31,759 nucleotides of DNA from a virus (lineage: Duplodnaviria; Caudoviricetes). The DNA lies in the IMG/VR virus record IMGVR_UViG_3300030047_000088, positions 1 through 31,759 of that record; one strand, given 5' to 3'. Made by a program: the position numbers and the translations under genes. Shown in pieces: positions 25,562 to 31,759 of this stretch. The notes beneath the pieces were generated by a model. That model did no database searches. It was not told the DNA's origin and saw nothing but the letters and a program-made list of their open reading frames with translations. The number at the start of each line of letters is the position of its first letter. The first letter of the stretch is position 1.

Positions 25562-25629
25562 AGCGGGAGTTCCGGTGAACGTTTGGGTCTCATAAGCCCG
25601 ATAGTGGAGCTCGACACTCCATCCCGCTA
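25562..25629 (+). tRNA. tRNA-Met(CAT), compact D-arm
   Basis: AGCGGGA/TCCCGCT; GTTC-CGGT-GAAC; TGGGT-CTCATAA-GCCCG; TGGAG/CTCCA. Confidence 0.8.
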
Positions 25630-25634
25630 CATTA

Positions 25635-25705
25635 GCCGGATTAGTTCAACGGTAGAACAGTTGATTTGTAATCTCCAGATTTGTGTTCGATTCACAAATT
25701 CGGCT
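25635..25705 (+). tRNA. tRNA-Thr(TGT), two anticodon-stem mismatches
   Basis: GCCGGAT/ATTCGGC; GTTGA-TTTGTAA-TCTCC; TTCGATT. Confidence 0.8.
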
Positions 25706-25709
25706 CAAT

Positions 25710-25761
25710 GCCTTAGTAGCCAAGTGGCAAAAGCATCCGTTTGCAAAACGGACAACGTGGG
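25710..25761 (+). pseudogene. tRNA-Cys(GCA) 5' fragment, truncated in the T-arm
   Basis: GCCTTAG-TA-D arm-TCCGT-TTGCAAA-ACGGA-CAAC-GTGGG, then coding sequence; no CCCAC/CTAAGGC 3' half follows. Confidence 0.8.
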
Positions 25762-26014
25762 ATTTTATCTAAAAAATAATTCTTCTGGAAAATCACACTA
25801 CCTCAAACTTAGATTATTTAAAGATGGTATTAAGGAGAAGAAGTGTGAAAAGTGTAAATTAAGTGTATGGATGGGAGAAGAAATGGTTTTAGAATTAGAC
25901 CACAAAAACGAAAACCATTTTGATAATAGGTTAAATAATTTAGAGGTTTTGTGCCCGAATTGCCACGCACAAAAAACAAGAAAAGCGAGATTGGCGAAAA
26001 AGAATACGCACTAG
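25757..26014 (+). CDS. HNH endonuclease (probably N-terminally truncated)
   Basis: KCEKC...W.G....LELDHKN....DNRLNNLEVLCPNCH; possible GTG start inside the tRNA-Cys T-stem. Confidence 0.8.
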   Translation: MGFYLKNNSSGKSHYLKLRLFKDGIKEKKCEKCKLSVWMGEEMVLELDHKNENHFDNRLNNLEVLCPNCHAQKTRKARLAKKNTH

Positions 26015-26067
26015 TTTTAGAAACTAGCGGGGGAAACCCCATACAGGTGCAATTCCTGTATCTCGCA
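25985..26067 (+). tRNA. tRNA-Leu(TAG)
   Basis: GCGAGAT/ATCTCGC, A73; CTAGT-TTTAGAA-ACTAG; variable arm GGGG-GAAA-CCCC. Confidence 0.9.
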
Positions 26068-26073
26068 CAATAG

Positions 26074-26118
26074 TTATCCACAGTTTTATTAAGGTCAATT
26101 TTAGTAGTGTGCTATACT
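26074..26118 (+). promoter_or_regulatory. Motif promoter plus DnaA box
   Basis: TTATCCACA (26074-26082); AATTTT-N6-GTGCTATACT; ATG 6 nt later. Confidence 0.75.
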
Positions 26119-26124
26119 TTTTAT

Positions 26125-26625
26125 ATGACAAAAACTAAATTTAAGGTTGGTGATAGAGTTTTTAGAGAAAATTTTGGTAAGGGAAAAGTAGTAGAAGTAG
26201 AATTTGATTTAGCTTCTGACCTTAAACAAAATGTTCACGTTAAGTGGGATAAAAATAAAAAATTTATTGATAACTTAAATTTTGCTGAAAATTTAGAATT
26301 TCTTGGTAAGGAAAATTTTGATGAATTAAATCTTTCTTCACAAATAGTAGACAGAAAAGATTACCCAGTTTTCTCTGGAGTATTAAAATATTTTCCAGAT
26401 GCTATTATGGAAGTTGCACACGTTTCTAAAATAGGTAACGACCAACATAATCCCGGAGAACCTTTACATTGGGATAGAAGTAAATCTACTGATGAGGGAG
26501 ATGCACTAGCTAGACATTTAATAGATGCAGGAAAAATTGATACTGATGGCACAAGGCACACAGCAAAATTAGCTTGGAGAGCCCTAGCAATCCTACAGAA
26601 GGAAATTGAAAATGACAGAAAGTAA
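26125..26625 (+). CDS. dATP/dGTP diphosphohydrolase-like (DUF5664) with N-terminal SH3-like unit
   Basis: YFPDAI.EVA.VS..GN.QHNPGEPLHW.R.KS.D..DAL.RHL...H.AK.AWRALA. Confidence 0.8.
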   Translation: MTKTKFKVGDRVFRENFGKGKVVEVEFDLASDLKQNVHVKWDKNKKFIDNLNFAENLEFLGKENFDELNLSSQIVDRKDYPVFSGVLKYFPDAIMEVAHVSKIGNDQHNPGEPLHWDRSKSTDEGDALARHLIDAGKIDTDGTRHTAKLAWRALAILQKEIENDRK

Positions 26626-26788
26626 AAAAGATATTTTAAGAACATTTGTTAATAAATTTTGTTTAGAAGATAATTTATTTGACCTAATGATTGCTATGAA
26701 AGTAGCAGTAGAAATTTTAGAGGAAAATGAGTTTCCAATAAAAGGTTACTCACAGTTTAAATATAAAAATAAAAGATATGAAAAATAA
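26612..26788 (+). CDS. Hypothetical protein
   Basis: Overlapping operon ORF; likely start ATG 26612. Confidence 0.55.
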   Translation: MTESKKDILRTFVNKFCLEDNLFDLMIAMKVAVEILEENEFPIKGYSQFKYKNKRYEK

Positions 26789-26987
26789 ATGCAAGTGTCA
26801 GTGTTTCGAGTGTTCAAATGAACTACATTGTGGAAGTATTAAATGTGGAGAAGAATATTTTTCTCCCACCAAAGCAGTAATGTGTAATAATGATTTTTGC
26901 CATAATAATAGACAAAGTGGAAGTAAGTTTTGTTCAGACTGTTCTTATAATTTTAATAAAAATAAATATGATAAAAGAACCAATTAA
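26778..26987 (+). CDS. Small Cys-rich protein
   Basis: Multiple Cys clusters in 69 aa. Confidence 0.6.
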   Translation: MKNKCKCQCFECSNELHCGSIKCGEEYFSPTKAVMCNNDFCHNNRQSGSKFCSDCSYNFNKNKYDKRTN

Positions 26988-27720
26988 GTTTTATTTTGAC
27001 ATAGAAAATGAGCCACCAGTAGTTAGAACTTGGAGAAAATATCAACAAGATGTTATATGGAAAGAAAGAGATGGATATATTTGGTCTTTTTCTGGATGTT
27101 ATAATGATGGAAAAATATTTCATTATTGTCTAGCTGATTTTCCTTTATATAAAAAGAACCCATGCAGTGATGAAGCTCTTGCTAAAAAACTATTTGAATG
27201 TTTCGAAAAAGCAGAAATTGTTATAGCTCATAATGGTAATGCTTTTGATATAAAACACGTAAATGCTTTATTTGCTAAATATAATTTAGGAGTTCCTTCA
27301 CCTTATAAAAAAATTGATACTTTATTAGTCGCAAGAAATGAATTCTATTTCTGGTCTAATAGTCTAAATGATTTAGCAGAATATTTAGGTATAGGTGTAA
27401 AAGAAGAAACCGGAGGATATGGATTATGGAGAAAGGTTGAACAAGGAAGCAAGAAGTCAATCTCCTTAATGAAAAAATATAATAATCATGATGTTTGGCT
27501 ACTTAGGGAAGTATATAAGAAATTAAGACCATATATGCACAATCACCCTAATGTTGGATTATTTATTGGAGAAAAAAGAGCCTGTAGAAATTGTGGTAGT
27601 TTAAAACTTCAAAAAAGAGGTATTTCAATGAGAATAAATGGTGCTAAGTGGCAAAAATTACAATGTCAAGGTTGCGGTAAATGGCAAGAAGCACCTAAAG
27701 AAGATGCACAAGTAAGATAA
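26968..27720 (+). CDS. RNase H-fold 3'-5' exonuclease (YprB/RNase_H_2-like) with zinc ribbon
   Basis: FDIE, AHNGNAFD, IDTL, NSL..LA.YLG, YN.HDV, C..CGS...C..CG. Confidence 0.85.
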   Translation: MIKEPIKFYFDIENEPPVVRTWRKYQQDVIWKERDGYIWSFSGCYNDGKIFHYCLADFPLYKKNPCSDEALAKKLFECFEKAEIVIAHNGNAFDIKHVNALFAKYNLGVPSPYKKIDTLLVARNEFYFWSNSLNDLAEYLGIGVKEETGGYGLWRKVEQGSKKSISLMKKYNNHDVWLLREVYKKLRPYMHNHPNVGLFIGEKRACRNCGSLKLQKRGISMRINGAKWQKLQCQGCGKWQEAPKEDAQVR

Positions 27721-27887
27721 TGCGTAAAAGAAAGATGGTAAAACTTTTAGCACGATGTAAATATTGTTCTCGTATAAAAGTCCTTTGCGATGACGATAAA
27801 GAATACTGGCAAGATAGCATCGTAGATTTTCCAACACTTCCAGAAGAATTATGTTACACACACCAAAAAAATGAGAAAACAAAGTAA
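27720..27887 (+). CDS. Hypothetical protein (55 aa)
   Basis: Manual: MRKRKMVKLLARCKYC...; TAATG coupling. Confidence 0.5.
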   Translation: MRKRKMVKLLARCKYCSRIKVLCDDDKEYWQDSIVDFPTLPEELCYTHQKNEKTK

Positions 27888-28272
27888 ACAACCAATCTCT
27901 TTAATTCAAAGAAAAATATGGGAAGAAATAAAAAGAATTATTAGAGCTCGTTATTTAAAACGTGGTTGTTCGGAAACGTGGACTTGTTATACTTGTGGAA
28001 GAAATTGTCGTGGTGTTAATTGTCATACCGGACATATGTTACCAAAAGCTAGTCTAGGAGCTTATTTAAAATATGATTTAAGACTTCTTAGAATTCAATG
28101 TTATAACTGTAATATAAATCTAGGAGGTAATGGTGCTATATTTATAGAAAAAATGCGTAAAATAGAGGGTGATGAATATGTAGACCAAATACTAAAAGAT
28201 AGACAAAAGACAGTTAAGGCATATGATTTCTACGTTGAATTATTAGAAAAATATAAGAAAATTAATAAGTAA
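27871..28272 (+). CDS. NinG/Rap-like endonuclease
   Basis: IR.R, CYTCG, HTGH, QCYNCN..LGGN. Confidence 0.85.
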   Translation: MRKQSKQPISLIQRKIWEEIKRIIRARYLKRGCSETWTCYTCGRNCRGVNCHTGHMLPKASLGAYLKYDLRLLRIQCYNCNINLGGNGAIFIEKMRKIEGDEYVDQILKDRQKTVKAYDFYVELLEKYKKINK

Positions 28273-28415
28273 TTATCAATTTAACCCATTGAATTAGGGA
28301 TATGGTGGATATAATGAGGACTGGGAAGCACAACAATGCCAATGGTGTTGTGAAAAAAGATTATTATTAGAAAAGTTTGATACAGCTCGCAAGCTGGAAG
28401 AAGGAGAATAAATAT

Positions 28416-28643
28416 ATGTCAGGAGGTTCACACGATTATGCGTATTCAAAATTAAATGAAATTGCTGAAAGTTTCTATCCAACACCATCAGACCATTTAG
28501 AAGAAAGGAAAAAGGTTGCGAAAATACTTAAACTTGTAGCGGAAATTTGCCACGACATTGAATGGATAGACAGTGGCGATTATGGAAACGAAGACTGGAA
28601 AATAGTTGAAGAAAATCTCTTAAAAATTAACATAGAAGAATAA
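28416..28643 (+). CDS. Hypothetical protein
   Basis: MSGGSHDY...HDIEW.DSGDYG recurrent phage family pattern. Confidence 0.7.
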   Translation: MSGGSHDYAYSKLNEIAESFYPTPSDHLEERKKVAKILKLVAEICHDIEWIDSGDYGNEDWKIVEENLLKINIEE

Positions 28644-28649
28644 GGAGTT

Positions 28650-28835
28650 ATGAACAACAAACACTATATAGCAAAAAACACACTAGGAGGTTCATTTTGC
28701 ACAAAGTGTTTGAATTGGTCAAACATGCCCGATGGACTAAAAGATGATATTTGTGAAGCAACAAGGGCAGAAATAAAATCAAACAGAAAATTACTAAAAG
28801 CTAACAGAACCCCTTTATCAACCAATAACAAATAA
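28650..28835 (+). CDS. Hypothetical protein
   Basis: TAAGGAG Shine-Dalgarno; CxxC. Confidence 0.6.
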   Translation: MNNKHYIAKNTLGGSFCTKCLNWSNMPDGLKDDICEATRAEIKSNRKLLKANRTPLSTNNK

Positions 28836-28839
28836 GAGA

Positions 28840-29079
28840 ATGACTGAAGAAACTAAAGAATGTGAAGGATGTCCAACGTGCGACCCATATAGTTATACAG
28901 CAGAAGTGGACTTAGCGTTCCTTGAAAATGTTAGAGGTGCTTTAACATCTTTAAGAGAAGAAGCCCCTAGATATTTTGCAATAGGTTGGTTAATTACTTG
29001 TGAAGAAAAAATTGCCCAAATAAGTAAAAAATGGGAAGACGATAAAAAAAGTAGAAGTCAATCAAAGCCAGTAGTTTAA
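28840..29079 (+). CDS. Hypothetical protein
   Basis: CEGCPTC; operon packing. Confidence 0.6.
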   Translation: MTEETKECEGCPTCDPYSYTAEVDLAFLENVRGALTSLREEAPRYFAIGWLITCEEKIAQISKKWEDDKKSRSQSKPVV

Positions 29080-29121
29080 GTTTGAGGTTCATTATCAATA
29101 GCAATAGGAAAGATAAAATAT

Positions 29122-29709
29122 ATGCAAAACACTTGTTGTGAAAAATGCAAAGGAAATGTGAACGGAATTATAATCTGCTTAAATTGTATGTGTTCTTGTC
29201 ATGTGATGTTGTGTAGTGAACCCCAAGAAGTAGAAGACATGGACATGACTGTAAAAACACAATGTCAAGAATGTAAAACTACCTATACTGGTATAGGAGA
29301 TAATGTTTGTCCCGCGTGCGAAGGAGAATTGCTTTTGATTGAAGAAATAACAAAAGACAACTGGGAAGCCTTCTACCCTGTTCCCCTAAAAGATGTGAAG
29401 ACAGAAAAAGAAGGGTGTATGCACTTGACAATGGGTAAAAGAATGATAGAACATAATGGAATTTCACACCCAAGTGGAGAGACTACTTGTTTTGAATGTA
29501 ATTTAACAATATCCCAAATTGTAGCCACCGCAGTTAAAAGAGCGAGAGAGGAGGAAAAGAAAGAAGATGTTAGATTTATTCTAAACATTTTAGCTGGAAT
29601 TGATATAGCCGATAAAGAAACCAACAATAAAGGTGGTAGCACAAAAGCAATAAGAATGGCTTTACAAGCGAGATTTAGCGACATTTTATCACTACTTAAA
29701 GAGGAATAA
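29122..29709 (+). CDS. Cys-rich mosaic hypothetical protein
   Basis: Several short zinc-finger-like modules. Confidence 0.65.
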   Translation: MQNTCCEKCKGNVNGIIICLNCMCSCHVMLCSEPQEVEDMDMTVKTQCQECKTTYTGIGDNVCPACEGELLLIEEITKDNWEAFYPVPLKDVKTEKEGCMHLTMGKRMIEHNGISHPSGETTCFECNLTISQIVATAVKRAREEEKKEDVRFILNILAGIDIADKETNNKGGSTKAIRMALQARFSDILSLLKEE

Positions 29710-29712
29710 GAT

Positions 29713-30132
29713 ATGAAGATACTATTCCTTGATATAGATGGAGTGTGTAACAAAAAAGATACATTCACAAAAGACCCAAAAGATTTTTTTCCAATAGACA
29801 CATATATGGCTTTTCTAGTTGGAAAGATTAAACTTCACACAGGTTGTGAAGTTGTGTTATCATCATCTTGGAGACATTCTCCATATGGGGTTGATATAGT
29901 TCAAAGACGAATAGTTCCAATATTAGACACCACATCAGATTCAGAAGACGGTATTCGTGGGGAGGAGATACAGGAATGGTTAGACGAAAATCCGGAAGTA
30001 GAAAAATACGCAATTCTTGACGATGACGATGATATATTAGACGAACAAGAAGAAAACTTCTTCCAAACAGATTTTGAAACTGGATTAACTGATGAAACAG
30101 CTTTAAAAGTTATTAAACACTTAAATGAATAA
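29713..30132 (+). CDS. HAD phosphatase, Swiss-Army-Knife RNA-repair type (HAD_SAK_2-like)
   Basis: LFLDIDGV, VVLSSSWR, RG.EI..WL, YAILDD, GLT. Confidence 0.88.
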   Translation: MKILFLDIDGVCNKKDTFTKDPKDFFPIDTYMAFLVGKIKLHTGCEVVLSSSWRHSPYGVDIVQRRIVPILDTTSDSEDGIRGEEIQEWLDENPEVEKYAILDDDDDILDEQEENFFQTDFETGLTDETALKVIKHLNE

Positions 30133-30601
30133 AAAAATAATAGAATTTTTAAGAGAAAGTAATGCGATAGAAGGAGTTTATGATGAAGATTCACTTAAAC
30201 AAGCTATTTATGCTTGGGAATATATAGAAGAACAAAAAGAACTCACACCTCACGATGTTTTAAGAACTCATGCAATTCTTATGAAAAATCAAAACCTTCT
30301 TCCAAGTGAGAAGGGATATTTTAGACGTTGTGCAGTTTATATCGGAGGTAGACAGGGATTACACCACGAAAAGATAGCTAAAGCTATTGATGAATGGGTA
30401 ACTTGTATGCACCAAGAAAATCAAGCGTGTGAAACAGTGAGTGGTGCTTTGCATATTCAATATGAAAAAATACATCCATTTGTAGATGGTAATGGACGAA
30501 CTGGAAGAATATTTATGAACTGGTGGAGAGTTAAAAATGGACTTCCAATATTAGTAATAAAAGAAGGTGAAAGACAGGAATATTATAAATGGTTTAAGTA
30601 G
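30125..30601 (+). CDS. Fic/Doc family protein
   Basis: Canonical HPFVDGNGRTGR; ESNAIEG. Confidence 0.93.
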   Translation: MNKKIIEFLRESNAIEGVYDEDSLKQAIYAWEYIEEQKELTPHDVLRTHAILMKNQNLLPSEKGYFRRCAVYIGGRQGLHHEKIAKAIDEWVTCMHQENQACETVSGALHIQYEKIHPFVDGNGRTGRIFMNWWRVKNGLPILVIKEGERQEYYKWFK

Positions 30602-31040
30602 ACCAATTATGTTTACTTGCTTTCCAGTCTCTTAGGTCTGGGTGCTGTTTGATAAGTCTAATAGCAAACTCCGCATTATCATCCATATCTCTTAAATTTA
30701 AACCAAGTTTCTTGGCTTCTTTTAAGTGTGTAGAATTAATTTGGAATATTCCTATATCCCTAGTTCCGTTTGTGTTTTTAGGTTCTTCTTTTTGATTATA
30801 AGAACTTTCAAAATACATAATCCGTGAGATTATTTCTTGTGATATTCCAGTCTCATTTGATACCCTTTCTGCGATTCTAAGCACTTTACCAGTCGGAGGT
30901 ATATAAATGTTCCTTTTTTGCTTTAAATGCGTTTTAGGAGCATCTGGGAGCTTAATTTCGCCTTCTACAAGGGGTCTATATGTCCAACTCGAACATAAAA
31001 TAACTCCTATTAAGAGAAATGTTAAAATTTTAAGTTTCAT
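30594..31040 (-). CDS. SLT-family lytic transglycosylase with N-terminal signal/anchor
   Basis: ESSYN...NTNGTRDIGIFQINSTH; hydrophobic N-terminus. Confidence 0.85.
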   Translation of the reverse strand: MKLKILTFLLIGVILCSSWTYRPLVEGEIKLPDAPKTHLKQKRNIYIPPTGKVLRIAERVSNETGISQEIISRIMYFESSYNQKEEPKNTNGTRDIGIFQINSTHLKEAKKLGLNLRDMDDNAEFAIRLIKQHPDLRDWKASKHNWST

Positions 31041-31067
31041 AAGGAAAGTCCGTTGGGGGACAATGCC

Positions 31068-31250
31068 TTACACTATAGCGGTATTGGTGAAGAAGATTCT
31101 TAGAATTAAGTTTCCTACCGCACCACCAAGAATATCAAAAGGAATCCATGTTGATGGAAGAACCTTTACGAATTCTGGTAAAGCCAAAATGGCTACTAGA
31201 AAAACTACCACATTAAACCAAACAGTTTTACTTGAAAATATACTTTTCAT
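31068..31250 (-). CDS. Holin-like two-TM protein
   Basis: SKTVWFN...NLILR..T pattern; two hydrophobic segments; between wall hydrolases. Confidence 0.7.
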   Translation of the reverse strand: MKSIFSSKTVWFNVVVFLVAILALPEFVKVLPSTWIPFDILGGAVGNLILRIFFTNTAIV

Positions 31251-31279
31251 AATTTTATTCGTTTACTGTTAATACCTTT

Positions 31280-31332
31280 ATTATAGCACAAAACTAAAAT
31301 TGGGGTGTGGAAAACTATCCATTTGTGGATAA
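31280..31332 (-). promoter_or_regulatory. Motif promoter plus tandem DnaA boxes upstream of the holin
   Basis: TTATCCACA (31324-31332), TTTTCCACA (31306-31314), AATTTT-N6-GTGCTATAAT. Confidence 0.72.
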
Positions 31333-31758
31333 AACAGCTACATTTTGAGGTAAAGTAGTTGAAATATCTACGTGGATATGAGCTGGACAGATTTCTATAC
31401 GATTAAAACCTATAGATAACAGAGCCTTAATCATGGTTAATCGTGAAACACTATCAGAACAAGCTATATCTACTGCTTCTCCGGTTAAGTGTGCAGAGTT
31501 TATGACTCCACCAACTGCGGTATTTTCTGCTACTGTTCTAAATCCAGAAGTAATAACGAATGGTATTCCAGCTATTCCTCTAGCCTTATCTAATAAATTA
31601 ACAAGTGATACTTTTAGTTCTGCTACTGTGTGCCCCCCTCCAGTGCTTTCAGAAGACTTAAAATACTTCCAAGTTGTAGGTGCTACTATTTGATTTGCTG
31701 GGATAAGAACAATAACATCACCCCCTTGTGAAAGTAGTGTTGCAAAGTCTTCCCATGT
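31315..31758 (-). CDS. Peptidase M15A-domain protein (endolysin), 5' end outside the window
   Basis: Not in ORF track. Manual: ...LDKAR...PFVITSGFR...N.AVGG..NSAHL.GEAVDI...HIHVD...STNG*. Confidence 0.88.
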   Translation of the reverse strand, partial: TWEDFATLLSQGGDVIVLIPANQIVAPTTWKYFKSSESTGGGHTVAELKVSLVNLLDKARGIAGIPFVITSGFRTVAENTAVGGVINSAHLTGEAVDIACSDSVSRLTMIKALLSIGFNRIEICPAHIHVDISTTLPQNVAVLSTNG

Positions 31759-31759
31759 T

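Noticed and set aside
24350-26081. ORF-track entries over the tRNA array (24350-24700, 24873-25055, 25079-25435, 5' part of 25583-26014, 25830-26081)
   Set aside because: They overlap clear tRNA cloverleaves or are antisense to the HNH.
28298-28411. Startless reading frame GYGGYNEDWEAQQCQWCCEK...
   Set aside because: In-frame TAG directly upstream and no start codon; probably a gene remnant, too weak to call.
31433-31693. Plus-strand 86-aa ORF
   Set aside because: Antisense to the M15 peptidase.
1-31759. Genome-wide stop-codon reassignment
   Set aside because: Long genes are intact in code 11; TAA, TAG and TGA all end genes; no suppressor anticodon found.

Overview
An AT-rich tailed dsDNA phage (or prophage) segment read in genetic code 11. 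Minus strand 1-14037 is a podovirus-like morphogenesis module: TerS, TerL, portal, scaffold, N4-gp56-type major capsid, adaptor, tail and fibre proteins, and a free-standing HNH. Plus strand 14267-16343 is an early region of small ORFs. Minus strand 16395-23617 holds PNKP, a Mom-family GNAT preceded by its own atypical tRNA-Gly, an RNA ligase, SSB, a PD-(D/E)XK nuclease, an AEP-like protein and several structured non-coding leaders. Plus strand 23930-30601 holds an array of 13 full-length tRNAs plus a truncated tRNA-Cys/HNH junction, then DUF5664, RNase H-like, NinG, HAD and Fic genes. The right end is a lysis cassette. Most notable: (1) the tRNA-Gly/Mom cassette, a candidate dedicated non-proteinogenic glycyl donor for DNA hypermodification; (2) a ~315-335 nt highly structured unassigned RNA at 22343-22678; (3) a 13-copy fixed-spacing promoter motif often paired with perfect DnaA boxes; (4) two D-arm-compacted tRNAs; (5) a covarying leader hairpin before two head-module genes. 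All calls come from manual reading and motif recognition; no searches were run.
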